Source: Podarcis pityusensis
Lineage: Eukaryota
NCBI GenBank assembly: GCA_964106645.2
Contig: OZ067041.1
Strand: one strand, 5' to 3'
Length of the DNA stretch: 64,000 bases
Below are positions 1 to 12,293 of this stretch, piece by piece. The notes under the pieces are model-generated. The model was not told the DNA's origin. It saw only the letters and a program-made list of their open reading frames with translations, and ran no database searches. A program made the position numbers and the translations under genes. Position 1 is the stretch's first letter; every line of letters begins with the position of its first letter.

Positions 1-544
1 AGCCCTTGGCTAAAGAACATTAATCACCCCTGATATATATCATTAACCTCCCTTGGAGATAGTTCTTGTTCTGGAAAGAGATGCATTCCTAAATAGAGAA
101 AAAGGAGGTGGCCGAGTGATTCGTGATTTTTCATTTGCAAATGACACAATGTTTCATTTTTGAAATGTGTTACTTATTTTCACAATAAAGTAGAGAAACC
201 TGCTGCTGTTGGAACTGAGTTTTGCTTCTTAAATTATTTTCCTCACATCCCTAAGATTCTTACTGTAAGAGCTGTTGTGTTTTATCTTCAATTTGATTAA
301 GAAGTGGCTATAACTTAGATGACACTTCCTCTAAGTAAGACAAGCATTTCACTGACATTTTATTTGATAAAATATCTTAACTGTATTTGATACTTCCATG
401 TTGTTGACTGGCAACTGAAAGCAAAACAAGGAAATATCCATCTATCTATTTGCCTGTCTCATGTTCATATTGGTCTTCTAGTGAGATGCACCCTCCTCCA
501 CTATACAGGGCATTCATATACCAGAAGCCAAGCTGACACTGGAA

Positions 545-679
545 CAGCCGTCAGTAGAACATGAGATTCTTAATATCAGGGTCATGGGTTTGAGCCCCAC
601 ACTGGGCAAAAGACTCCTGCATTGCAAGGGGTTGGAGTAGATGACCCTTGAGGTCCTTTCTAACTCTACAATCCTATGA
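545..679 (+). mobile_element. tRNA-headed SINE with CR1-derived 3' tail
   Basis: Degenerate tRNA-like head (TCAGTAGAACATGAGATTCTTAAT...GGTTTGAGCCCC) joined to CCTGCATTGCAAGGGGTTGGAGTAGATGACC...CTCTACAATCCTATGA, matching the CR1 3' ends at 20410-20596 and 20785-21332. Confidence 0.7.
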
Positions 680-947
680 CACGCGACATGGATTCTTCAT
701 CACAGCAGGGAGTCAATTAGTGGAGCACAGCATTGTCTGTCCCTGTGTTGCTAATTGCATTCGTGCTTATTCTGAATTGCAACCAACCTTCAAGTAAATG
801 TAATAGCTTCTGCCAACGTTATTCCGTTCCTTACTATTTTAGGCTGTAGATTCATTGGGAACAAGAATATAGCTATCTTACCTACGAAACTCATTAAGGA
901 GTCATGTCCACTGATGGCACAGAATACATAATAATAATTTCCTATTG

Positions 948-1386
948 ACGTATTTCTCGCTCCATAAGATGCACTTTTTTCCTCCTAAAAAATAAGGGGA
1001 AATGTCTGTGCATCTTACGGAGCGAATGTGTGGTCAATCGCTGGCTCCCTTTCTGGCTCCGCCCCCTTGCCCAGGCCTCCATTGTTGAAGACGGAGGCTG
1101 TTTCCCCAGCGACATGTGACTGGCTGATTAGATTATCTGTCTGGAAACTGTAGAAACGGCTCCCTTTCCTTTCCTAAAGATGCAGAACTGTGAGTTGAAC
1201 CCCATAAAAACGGGATTTTGTCCCTTTGCAATGTAAGCTCAACAACTTTGAGCTGATCCTCAAAAAAAGGGGCTTTTCCCCTTTGCAAAAGAAGCTGCAC
1301 AACTGTGAGCTGATCCCCCCCAAAACGGGGCTTTCCCCCTTTCCTCCTCTTAAAACTAGGTGCGTCTTATGCAGCGAAAAATAGGG
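948..1386. mobile_element. Non-autonomous Tc1/mariner (Tc2/pogo-like) DNA transposon
   Basis: Terminal inverted repeats CGTATTTCTCGCTCCATAAGATGCAC ... GTGCGTCTTATGCAGCGAAAAATAGG, followed by TA; internal ~55-bp tandem units at 1180-1340. Confidence 0.65.
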
Positions 1387-1770
1387 TACCTGCTGTTGCA
1401 AAGGCTGGGAATGCTTAAAATCAAAGCCCAACCCAGGCATTCACAGTAGAGCAGCAACTGCTTCTGTGAGACATCAGTGAGCCTAGTTCCTGCTGTGTGA
1501 GAACCAGGTCTGTCTTTGCCCCTAAAATGTCAGCCTAGCAGTTCCCACCAACTTCCAGCAGTGGTGCAGGCTGGTGGGATAGCATGTCAACTGGAGACAG
1601 AAATACATCTGCTGCTGTTTGCCCTCCACATCATCACAGTATGCTGAGTGAGGGGACACAAGATAATAATATTTTTATACAGGGACCTACTCAAAGCTAG
1701 GCTGTGGTCAGACGTGTGATAGAGTGGCCACAATTATTATGTATTTAGGGCACCAAATCAGAGGTCCATA

Positions 1771-2002
1771 CAATGGTACCTTGGAACTTGAACAGAATCT
1801 GTTCCGGAAGTCTATTCGATTTCCAAAATGTTCGGAAACCAAAATGTTCGGAAACCTGCAGCCAATCGGAAGCCGCGGAAGTTGCGTCAGACATTCGGGT
1901 TCCAAAGAACATTTGCGAACCGGAACACTCACTTCCGGGTTTGCGGCATTCAGGAGCCAAAACGTTTGACTCACAAGGTGTTCGGGATCCAAGTTACGAC
2001 TG
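1771..2002. mobile_element. Tc1/mariner (Tigger-like) MITE
   Basis: TA|CAATGGTACCTTGG...CCAAGTTACGACTG|TA; related to the copy at 14314-14563. Confidence 0.75.
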
Positions 2003-2308
2003 TATTACTAAAATCTGCTCCTGTCCACATGATTGCCATGATTATTAAGTATGAGTTAAGTATCTCTGAACTGTCTTGAAAAGCCCCCTACTGCTAACTT
2101 GTCCCTCATTATGCTGAAATACTATAGGTTGTCGTTATTATTTTTAAAAGAAAACACTGCTTTAAAAAATGATGAAAACTTCTAAAAAGTGATATTAATA
2201 ATTAGTATAGTATATGATTAGGTCAATACTATGGAATTAGTATTGGTGTATTACCTGATGTAAGTACTTTTAGTTACTTAATGGCAGTACTCTTCAGTCA
2301 TTGGGCTG

Positions 2309-2570
2309 CCGTTGTGTGGTGTAGTGGTTAAGAGCGGTGGACTCGTAATCTGGGGAACCGGGTTCGCGTCTCCGCTCCTCCACATGCAGCTGCTGGGTGA
2401 CCTTGGGCCAGTCACACTTCTTTCAAGTCTCTCAGCCCCACTCACCTCACAGAGTGTTTGTTGTGGGGGAGGAAGGGAAAGGAGAATGTTAGCCGCTTTG
2501 AGACTCCTTCGGGTAGTGATAAAGCGGGATATCAAATCCAAACTCCTCCTCCTCTTCTTCTTCTTCTTCC
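2309..2570 (+). mobile_element. tRNA-derived CORE-type squamate SINE (Squam2-like) with (CTC/CTT)n tail
   Basis: A box TGGTGTAGTGG, B-box-like GGTTCGCGTCTCC, CORE-like GCTGGGTGACCTTGGGCCAGTCAC, microsatellite tail at 2543-2570. Confidence 0.75.
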
Positions 2571-3417
2571 TTACTGTCAAATCAAAAGGCAGGAGGCAGC
2601 ATCAGAAAGGGGACGGCATGTGAAAAGATGCAAACCAAATCCCACTGAACAGAATGGGTTTATTGATGAAGAACTGAAATAGTAATAATACGATACATTT
2701 CAGCTAAAGTCTTCCTCCAGGATGAATCTGATACTGTGTTTCTTCAGAGAGAATAGTGCCCCCGTATTTGTTATTTGGCTCCATCTGCAATCAGCCCAAG
2801 CTGGCATGGCCAACAGCCAGGGATGATGATGAGAGATGTAGTTCAGTGTCTGGAGGACCACAGGCTTCCTACCCTGACCTTGTAGAGCTAATTTCACTGA
2901 TACCCTGGCAACCAACTTGAGCAAAAAATACCCTACTTAAACTGCCTAAAATTAACAGTGTGTTATGGGGGCTGCAAACTGACGTGAGATTGTGACTTCT
3001 GTTCTGTGAAAGAAACAACTTGGATGAGCTACTTCTAAAAAATATTTTTGGCTAAAGTCAGCTACCTGCATATTGTTAGAGCTGGCTATCAAAGAAAGGC
3101 TACCTAAAGAAATCTTACTTTAAAAAAGAAGAGCATTGAATCGGAATGCCTCTGAGGAATATTTTGAATCAAAATACGTTTTATCATGATTTTTATGCTA
3201 CAAGAACAAACCTCCTTATTCAGCAATCAGCATAAGCTTGAGACTTGCCTCTTATTGCTATGAGTACAGATTTTAATAATATATTACGCCTCTTCATCTT
3301 GCATATGGGGCTCCAAGGTGAACAATTGCTCAATATAATTTTTCCCTAGCTATAGGGCACCTCTCCATGAAAGATCTGCATTTGTGGGTTTGTCAAGCTT
3401 CAGATTTGGATCTTGGG

Positions 3418-3600
3418 AATATATGAAGCTGCCTTCTATTGAGTCCGATCACTGGATCATCTAGCTCATTTTTATCTACAGTGACTCTCCAGGGTGTCAA
3501 ACAGGCCCTTTCCCAGGATTAGCTAGGGATGCCAGAGATTCAACTTGGGACCTTCAGCATGTAAAAAGTGTGCTCTACCACTGAGTTACTGCCTCTCCCC
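3418..3600 (-). mobile_element. Old tRNA-derived SINE (Squam3-like)
   Basis: Reverse complement resembles the + copy at 29950 (GGGAGAGGCAGTAACTCAGTGGTAGAGCAC...GGTCCCAAGTTGAATCTCTGGCATC...GGCAGCTTC). Confidence 0.65.
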
Positions 3601-4434
3601 AAATGGTGTTGGCCATTTGTCTAGTTGTTAAAGTCTGTATACCAGAGTACGCTCTCAACTTTGGCATCTAAAAGCATGACACTCAGATCCTGGTGGAAAT
3701 GAGTTGCTTGTCACATCAGAAAGAAGAGATCACCCTGAAGTCTTAATGTAAGCTTTTTTTTTTTTTTTTAATTTAGCAGTTTTCTAGATTGGGCTTCAGT
3801 TAAGCATTCTAGGTAGCATAAGATAAAGAATGATAAAATCTCAGTGTAAATTATAAAACTGAATTTAGATAAGCAAAACGGGGCACCTGTGTAAAAATTC
3901 AGTCCAAAATTTAATGAAAGTATTAAACAATCAATATCGCCAGTTCAAAGATGCTTTCCAAAGTGCTATCAACTGAAAACTGAATCCAGTGTACAATCTC
4001 TTCAGAGAATATTCCTTCCTAGGTGTATAAACATAGAGAGTTCTGTCTCAGTAACACAATGCAATGGAGGTGGTTCCAACCAATGCCTTATAATTTACCT
4101 TTTGCTTTGTCTGAAAGCTTAGTTTATCAGCTTTAAATAGGTCAGCACAATAGACCTAGTTCTGGCTGGCACTGTAAGTCGTTGTCACTTCAGGCACATG
4201 TTAAGCCTCAGCCTGCACTCTGAAGTGGTTGAATTCAAACACGGGTTTACCACCTCCAAGAAAATTATGCCTTGGGTGCAGTCTTAACACTCTTTTCAAA
4301 CAAGCCAGACATCCCACACATTCCATTCTGTGCTATTTGTAGCACAGATAACTCAGCACCGTAACTTTCCTTTTATGAGGAATTGGGTTAGTGTTCCAAA
4401 GAGTGAATGCTGTTCCTTTCCTTGTGTTTTCCAG

Positions 4435-4556
4435 GGTGTGCTGATCTGCACCTCCTAGACATGTTGACACCTACCGAAAGGAAACGGCAGGGCTACATCC
4501 ATGAACTCATAGTAACAGAAGAGAACTATGTGAATGACTTGCAGTTGGTAACAGAG
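4435..4556 (+). CDS. ITSN1: Intersectin-1 long isoform exon, start of DH/RhoGEF region: (W)[40 protein letters not shown]
   Basis: ttccag| acceptor, |gtgagg donor; peptide matches the recalled human ITSN1-L sequence; the gene continues upstream of the window. Confidence 0.96.
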
Positions 4557-5176
4557 GTGAGGCTGATTGTACACATTTTAACAACTTCTCCTGATGTGTT
4601 TTCTCACCCTGGCCTCATCGTAAAAGGGCTCAAACATGAAATTTTTGAAACCCAGAGCTCTGGAAACCTTTGCAGGATTGAATGGGAATTGTGCAACTTG
4701 AGAACTTTGGAAATCAAAACTGTGTGTCCCAGTTATCCCATGATCAATAGCTTCCCTGAAGGAGACTGCAAACAAATAGTAAAATAAAAGGCATTTTTTG
4801 TTCACTGTTTTTCTGAAGGCAGTATTTTTGGAAGGGACTAAAAAAATACAGGCTAAGATCTGACAGTTTATTGCAGTTTCCTATAGGAGAAGCCAGCATG
4901 TAGTCCTCTACCACCAACTATTCTAATAGGTGTGGGTATGATCCCACTGCAGTTAAGGCTATTGAACTCTTATTGCTTTGAATGGGAGAGTTAAGTATCT
5001 TCTGCTGAAACCAAAGGAATTAAAAGTGCTTATCTTTGACTGTATTTCACTCCATCAAATGATCAGAATGAGGCAGGAAGTGAGATCTGCAGAGCTTTAA
5101 TTCAAACCAGTGGCTGCAGATGAATCACAGTGAGTAGGCTTATTGTGTGTTCTAAATTGTTCATTTGAATCTGCAG

Positions 5177-5283
5177 ATCTTCCAGAAACCACTGATGGAC
5201 TCCGAGCTGTTGACAGAAAAAGAGGTTGCTATGATTTTTGTAAATTGGAAAGAGCTGATTATGTGCAATATCAAACTACTGAA
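5177..5283 (+). CDS. ITSN1: ITSN1 exon (DH): [35 protein letters not shown](K)
   Basis: ctgcag| ... |gtaagt; 107 nt, phase consistent with neighbours. Confidence 0.96.
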
Positions 5284-6082
5284 GTAAGTTGCTTTTGAAA
5301 ACATTTTATTGCCAATTACATATTTGGATGCTTTCTCCTTCATTGCCCTCATTTTTCAGCAGCACTTGGAAAGAAAAAAAATATTGTAGGGATTGAAATA
5401 ATGCATTTTTCTTAAGTCTGGTTTTTCCTTTCATGATGATGGCTGAATATGGTTTGTGCAAAGGGGGAGGGTATATAAATTTTTACATAGGTGGAACGTA
5501 GTTGCAAAATATGATGGTGCAGTAAAGAAGCAATGTGCGTTTACAAAATTTCCCACCAGATATAATTTTGAAGTCAAAGTCAAGTTTTTAATGGGCATGT
5601 TTCTAGTGAGACACATTACACTCTAGCAACTTATGAACATATGCAATTTATTTTCTCCTTTTTTAAGCAGTCTCTTCTTTTTGTACAGCTCTTGGGTTCA
5701 TAAGTGATGGGAATCTTTAACAGGCCGTTTCCAAACAAGCAATGGGAGATCACTACTCACATAATCCTCTATAACCAGCTGGCTTTTAGGTGCTTAGGAA
5801 ACACACTACACGAGGGACAGGTAGATGGGACAAGCCACATGTCAATCATCTGGTGTCAGGAGCTTGACAAGTGTGCTGTTGCACCCACCTACCAGAGTTA
5901 ACCTGCTAGGCCAAAAAAGTTTCCTACCCCTGCTCTATATTAATGCATAAATGATGGCTAACCTGTTATGGTTTGATTGATCTGACTTCAATATCGCTTT
6001 ATACTAATAAAAAACCTCAAAGCAATTTACAATAAGACAGCATTACCATAATAGATCTCTGCTGCTTTTATATGGAAACATA

Positions 6083-6435
6083 GTAAAGGTAAAGGGACCC
6101 CTGAGCATTAGGTACAGTCGTGACCGACTCTGGGGTTGCAGCGCTCATCTCACTTTATTGGCCGAGGGAACCGGCGTACAGCTTCCGGGTCATGTAGCCA
6201 GCATGACTAAGCTGCTTCTGGCGAACCAGAGCAGCGCATGGAAACACCGTTTACCTTCCCGCTGGAGCGGTACCTATTTATCTACTTGCACTTTGACGTG
6301 CTTTCGAACTGCTAGGTTGGCAGGAGCAGGGACCGAGCAACGGGAGCTCACCCCGTTACAGGGATTCAAACCGCCGACCTTCTGATCAGCAAATCCTAGG
6401 CTCTGTGGTTTAACCCACAGCGCCACCCGTGTCCC
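6083..6435 (-). mobile_element. Sauria SINE (Squam1), full length
   Basis: Reverse complement runs GGGACACGGGTGGCGCTGTGGGTTAAACC... to ...GGGGTCCCTTTACCTTTAC; closely similar to the copies at 15119, 16474 and 37616. Confidence 0.9.
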
Positions 6436-6515
6436 ATAACATAACATAACACAGTGCAACTATATTAAACTGAACACGTATCAACATCTCTCCCCGTTTT
6501 CTCTTTTGCGTTCAG

Positions 6516-6699
6516 AGCGCTGCGTGTTCGTAAGAAAATGTCAGGAGAGAGGATGCCTGTCAAAATGATTGGCGATATCCTGACAGCACAGCTTCCACAC
6601 ATGCAGCCTTACATTCGATTCTGTAGCTGCCAGCTGAACGGAGCAGCCCTCATCCAGCAGAAGACAGACGAAGTCCCCGAGTTCAAGGACTTTGTTAAA
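6516..6699 (+). CDS. ITSN1: ITSN1 exon (DH): [61 protein letters not shown]
   Basis: ttcag| ... |gtaaga; 184 nt. Confidence 0.96.
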
Positions 6700-7088
6700 G
6701 TAAGAAAATATCCACGTTGGTAATTTATTCAAAGAAACTCGTGCATCTACTTTCTGGGTTTAATTTATTTAAAAAGAGCCATATAGGAAATGTAACCAAA
6801 AGCAGCTTCACACATTTTAACTGATTTCTCTGCATTCGTCCTATACTAGTGACCAATTGACTGGAGATTAGCTGAAAGTGGCAGTGGAGATAGTCAATAC
6901 ACTGCCACCTAGGGTTGCCAACCAGGATCCTGATTCCGTCATGTTCCTCTATACCTGGGTAACGGTTTAGAGATCTGTCAACAAGCCTTTTGACATCTTT
7001 TCAAACTGAAGTCCTCTGTACAGTGTGGCAGGTTGCTTTTGAAAATCAGCAGAGTTTCAAAAACAGTTTGTGATTCGGCATGGCAGAC

Positions 7089-7091
<3 letters not shown>

Positions 7092-7132
<41 letters not shown>
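7092..7132. repeat. (AT)n microsatellite
   Basis: About 20 perfect AT units. Confidence 0.95.
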
Positions 7133-7136
<4 letters not shown>

Positions 7137-8488
7137 CCTTGAGTGCACAAAAGAGGCATGAAGAGTTCTGCTTGCTCAGGCCAAGGACCCATCTGTTCCC
7201 AAAATCCTGTTTCCAAAAGTGGCCAACCAAAGCCTTCTGGAAGGAGGATCCCAATAAAAAGCTGTTTGTATTGGCAACGTTGTGAAAAAATTCTGTACTC
7301 TTGCTATGAATAGACAATAGAGGTTCACGGCAAGCGAGTGAAGAAAATATATCTATTATATAATATTATATGCTCTCCCAGGGCACAGTGCCTATGTGCT
7401 GAAGGACATAACAGAGCCTTGGTTCTTCCCCCACCCCAGTGTGGATGTTAGACTTTTAGAAGTAATGACAGAACTGTATGAGTCTCTCATATTCTGCCTA
7501 GCACTTCCCTCCTCATGGTCACAGGATATTAGCTTTCTGTTCCCCCTAATGACCTGATGTGGTAGTGTGCCTATGCACATGCACCAGGGTAGTACAGAGA
7601 GCCCTTCTGCATGTGGGTATTGTGCCCATTCAGGAAAGAATTGTACGCAAGAATTGGAAATGGAAACTCTGTCTTTTTTACCCTTGCTTATGTGAATTGG
7701 TTGTAAATGCTCTTCGGCTTTGTATCCCCTTCTTTCCATTCTGGGAAAGGAGCATGAGGTTGGGGGGGGGGTCTTGCCTTGCCCATTGTACTTGTGGAAT
7801 GATGGCGTTATTTTGAGAGTTCTGTTTTTAAAACCTAGTTGGCTTTCCCCCTCCCCGCCTTCTCTTTTGGCCATGCTGAAGCATGTGTGTTGACCGATAA
7901 TTAGATACAGGAAGGTGTTAAATGCTGGATTTTCACTGCTCTACACATTATAGACAGTGTGATTCCTCCCAATACAACACATAACATAAATGGAATAACA
8001 TGTTGTATACCAACACAGACCTGAAAACACTTGAACAGTTGTTTCCTTGAGGCATACGCTTAACTGTTTTACAGAATCTTAGAATACAACAAACAGCGAG
8101 TAATTGTGACCCAGGCCTCATTTTTAAACTATTCTGTCTCTGCCACCTAAGGGAAACAATGTTTGAGATCACATAATAAAAAGTCTACTTGGATAAAAAA
8201 TGTTGACTTAAATGTGCCAATAAAAGAACCGCCTGCTTATTTCCAACCACAAAAGACCATTTATGGCCTGGAGAACAGACCTAGCCTTTGTCAACATTCT
8301 GAATGAAGAACACTTCACAACTGGTGAGCAACCACTGAAATTGCTTCCTGGCATGTCCTCACCACTCCAAGGAAGCCACATTTGTAGAGAATAAATGGAG
8401 ACCACAGTGTGCTTTGGGCATTTTTATAAATACTTGTGTCTGACCTTCATAAACTAGCTGCCAACATTTTTTGCTCTCAATATTTCAG

Positions 8489-8587
8489 AGGTTAGCTATG
8501 GAGCCTCGCTGTAAAGGAATGCCATTGTCAAGTTTTCTGCTAAAGCCTATGCAACGAGTAACGCGATATCCTCTGATAATTAAAAAT
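8489..8587 (+). CDS. ITSN1: ITSN1 exon (DH): [33 protein letters not shown]
   Basis: tttcag| ... |gtaagt; 99 nt; DH motif [11 protein letters not shown]. Confidence 0.96.
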
Positions 8588-8902
8588 GTAAGTCCTTTTG
8601 CTAACGTGTGGAAATATGTTGCCAAAACTGCTATAGTTAAGAAGCCAGAATCAGAGTTTAAGTTTTTCTTGCATGGGATCCGTATTTCTATAGTCTATTA
8701 ACTCATGTGGATGTGCAGTATGTCCGAATTCAAACCGGGGATGCAAAGGAACAATAGGGAGCACATTAAAAGTTAGTATTCTTTCAACTGGGTGCCTTGC
8801 ACTACTTCTGGTGTCTTCTATAGGACAACAGAAAAAGACAGCAAAATGCTGATTTTTTGATGCAAAGGAAGATCCGGGAACACGCTTAGAGTGAGCTCCT
8901 GA

Positions 8903-8958
8903 TTCTTCTTCTTCTTCTTCTTCTTCTTCTTCTTCTTCTTCTTCTTCTTCTTCTTCTT
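8903..8958. repeat. (CTT)n microsatellite
   Basis: About 18 perfect CTT units. Confidence 0.95.
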
Positions 8959-9059
8959 TTGGTCATGGCTTGAACTTTTCCTTACATGAAATCGGGCTCA
9001 GGACATGGTGGTCGGCCCAGAATGGCCCAGTAGGCCAACTGCTTGCTGGGCCTACTGAC

Positions 9060-9310
9060 TGTGAGTCAGTAGATTAAGAATGACTCCCCTGAAGACCTCA
9101 GTGATTGGACAGGGATATAACCAATTAGGTGGCCCTTCGGGTATCTTGAACCCAAGTTGTTAAAGGCCTTATAAATTAATACAGGTACCTTTAACCTAGC
9201 CCTGTAGTGTATAGGCAGCTGGTGCAAGCTTTTGAGCATGGGAGTTATTTGCTGGCAATAGTCTTTTCTCATCAACAGTCTAGCTGCAGCGTTTTGCCCC
9301 ACTTGGTGCA
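9060..9310 (-). mobile_element. Degraded L2 LINE ORF2 C-terminal fragment
   Basis: Translation QNAAARLL...ITPMLKSLHQLPIHYRARLKV resembles the L2-clade motif QNAAARL...HITP.L..LHWLP. Confidence 0.75.
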
Positions 9311-9787
9311 AAAGATAAATCCTTCCCCTTCTTAGTGCAAGTTGTTTTCTTTAGTTATGTGAATTGTTTGTAGCCTGGGGTAAGAGGACTGTTCTCTTCC
9401 TCATCCTTCTTCACCTCCAGCATGCAGTTTAATCAGAAGGATAGACCCTGACCTACAGGGCAAAAACTCCAGTGGGGACTGATCAGGCCCATTTTTCTTT
9501 AAATAAATGATTGTGTAAGAGAATGAAATGTTCCATTTTTATTAGATTAACACAGGGAAGATAAAAAAGGGATTGATTTGAAGAGAAGTAATCTTTATAG
9601 CGTTTTGGCAATCAAGAGGCAGTGATGTTTTTCTTTTCATTGATTTAGGGCAGGATTTATTTAATAACATTTACTTTGGGTGCTTAATGTTCTTTATATC
9701 TGTAAAGATATATTTAATTTTTCAGGTGCTTAAGAAGGAATAGATATGCAGTTTTATAAGAACCTGATCCAGTTTATTTGCCTGCAG

Positions 9788-9955
9788 ATATTAGAAAATA
9801 CTCCTGAAAATCACCCTGATCACAGCCACTTGAAACAGGCTTTGGAGAAAGCGGAAGAACTTTGTTCTCAGGTTAATGAAGGGGTGCGTGAGAAGGAGAA
9901 CTCAGACAGGCTTGAATGGATCCAGGCTCACGTTCAGTGTGAAGGACTATCAGAG
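9788..9955 (+). CDS. ITSN1: ITSN1 exon (end of DH): [56 protein letters not shown]
   Basis: ctgcag| ... |gtaaag; 168 nt, symmetric phase 0. Confidence 0.96.
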
Positions 9956-10286
9956 GTAAAGCTGAAATACGTAGAATCAGACTGTAGTTACTAATCTTCC
10001 AGAAAAGATGGCTTATGAAACAATGCTGATAAACTTCTCTAGCTAAAGAGATGCTGGTAAGTCTTCACAAATTCATCCTGCTCTTCATTTGGCATTTTTT
10101 CCTGCCAATTTTCTCTTTCCACTTATCTCTTGAACCCGTTACATCAGCCATCTGTCACTTAACGTTTCTGCAATGAAATGAAGACCACAGCTTTTATTCA
10201 GTTCATAATTTCCCTCCCCTCTCCCAAATAAAGTATGTTGCAAAATCTAGCTTTGATTCAGAAAAGTTAAGCAAGTTCTGTATACA

Positions 10287-10533
10287 CGGAGCAATGGATC
10301 CAAACTACAAGAAAGAAGATTCCACCTAAACATTAGGAAGAACTTCCTGACAGTAAGAGCTGTTCAACAGTGGAATTTGCTGCCAAGGAGTGTGGTGGAG
10401 TCTCCTTCTTTGGAGGTCTTTAAGCAGAGGCTTGACAACCATATGTCAGGAGTGCTCTGATGGTGTTTCCTGCTTGGCAGGGGGTTGGACTCGATGGCCC
10501 TTGTGGTCTCTTCCAACTCTATGATTCTATGAT
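10287..10533 (+). mobile_element. CR1 LINE 3' end (5'-truncated)
   Basis: CR1 ORF2 end/3'UTR (AGGAAGAACTTCCTGACAGTAAGAGCTGTT...GGGGGTTGGACTCGATG) with a terminal ATTCTATG-type repeat. Confidence 0.88.
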
Positions 10534-11409
10534 TTTACGAAGGATGCAAAGTGGAATTGCTAGCCATATCACTCTAGGGTAATTGAGAAATTTCTGGAAT
10601 GTATAAAGTAGGCATTCCAGACAAATAACCACTTGAAATTGTTGTGCATTTGTTTTTTACTTACTTACTAAGGCCCATCAATGTGCCTTGTGGTTTTAGC
10701 ATTTTGTGGTATAAAAGCAAGACAACTCCCTGCCCCCAAAGAGTGTACAGATTACAATTCAGCGCAGTGGAGGGAAATGGTCAGCTAAACTAGGTGAATT
10801 CATTTTAAATCTTTGACACCAATCGTTAATAACGCACCTACCATGTTTGCACATCAGGTTAAGGTACAGTGCACAGGCCAGAACAAGCCACTGCCATCTC
10901 ATGTTCCCCCTTTTTCACTGCACATGTGTGTGGAAAGGAGATGGGGAGAACATGAGCCCAATGATCATGGCCTCTCATTCCTACTTGTGGACATCACACT
11001 AAACTATGGTTTAGTTTGATCTGCTAATGCAGCCATTAATTAGGTCTACACATTCCTCCTACTTCCTATACAAATGTGTAGCACCAGTGAAGAAAATCAG
11101 GCATCAGTCAGAATCCTTCTCCTCTCATCATAAGTAAACCCACCCTTGTTGAAGGGTACAAGGGCAAAGGGATAATTCTAGGAATAACAGAAGTGTCCCT
11201 GCCATTCCATCAAGTGCTGGCACTTTACTGCTGAGAGTCAAGCACTAAGCCATCATTATGCCTGCAAATGAGCTGAAGCTGTTGTCAGATTTCTGCAGAT
11301 TCTGTCAGTTTTCTGCAGCTGTATCCAACGGTATCAGAACAAGTATATTTTTATTCATCTCACTTGTTGTGGTTTCCCCCCCTCCCCCCTCCCTTTCTGT
11401 TCCCATCAG

Positions 11410-11622
11410 CAACTTGTTTTTAACTCTGTTACAAACTGCTTGGGGCCACGCAAATTTCTACACAGTGGGAAACTCTACAAGGCCAAGAGCAACAAGGAGC
11501 TGTATGGCTTTCTGTTCAACGACTTCCTGCTGCTGACACAGATAATAAAACCTCTCGGCTCGTCTGGCACAGATAAGGTCTTCAGCCCCAAGTCTAACCT
11601 GCAGTATAAAATGTACAAAACG
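11410..11622 (+). CDS. ITSN1: ITSN1 exon (PH): [71 protein letters not shown]
   Basis: catcag| ... |gtaaga; 213 nt. Confidence 0.96.
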
Positions 11623-11718
11623 GTAAGAAATTATTTTAAATGGAAATTCAGAAATATTGATAACCTCCAATTACTTTTTCACGTGAAAAAGGTGTTTAGG
11701 CAACACAAGAAATTTCTT

Positions 11719-12190
11719 TGTTGTTGTTTAGTCGTTTAGTCGTGTCCGACTCTTCGTGACCCCATGGACCAGAGCACGCCAGGCACTCCTGTCTTCCACT
11801 GCCTCCCGCAGTTTGGTCAAACTCATGTTGGTAGCTTCGAGAACACTGTCCAACCATCTCGTCCTCTGTTGTCTCCTTCTCCTTGTGCCCTCCATCTTTC
11901 CCAACATCAGGGTCTTTTCCAGGGAGTCTTCTCTTCTCATGAGGTGGCCAAAGTATTGGAGCCTCAGCTTCAGGATCTGTCCTTCCAGTGAGCACTCAGG
12001 GCTGATTTCCTTCAGAATGGATAGGTTTGATCTTCTTGCAGTCCATGGGACTCTCAAGAGTCTCCTCCAGCACCATAATTCAAAAGCATCGATTCTTCGG
12101 CAATCAGCCTTCTTTATGGTCCAGCTCTCACTTCCATACATCACTACTGGGAACACCATAGCTTTAATTATACGGACATTTGTTGGCAAG
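11719..12190 (-). mobile_element. BovB (RTE clade) LINE, 5'-truncated
   Basis: ORF KAMVFPVVMYGSESWTIKKA...RIDAFELWCWRRLLRVPWTARRSN...[13 protein letters not shown] is the BovB ORF C-terminus; (CAA)n tail; 10-bp TSD GAAATTTCTT at 11709-11718 and 12191-12200. Confidence 0.93.
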
Positions 12191-12293
12191 GAAATTTCTT
12201 ATTTGGATATATTTTCTGTATAGGAAAACCACATGGACACCACGAATGTGTCTGCTTTGCAATATGAGGTGAGATCTTTCCAGGCATATTTAC

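Noticed and set aside
6158-6385. Recurrent similar ORFs (MTKLLLANQSS...; also at 15168, 16525 and 56734)
   Set aside because: Translations of Sauria SINE copies, not a gene family
7392-7874. 160-aa antisense ORF in an ITSN1 intron (similarly 13824-14246 and 15690-16145)
   Set aside because: No recognisable protein; these cross microsatellites, repeats or true exons in other frames
11696-12223. ORFs of 155, 99 and 75 aa overlapping BovB
   Set aside because: Antisense or alternative-frame shadows of the BovB ORF; not host genes
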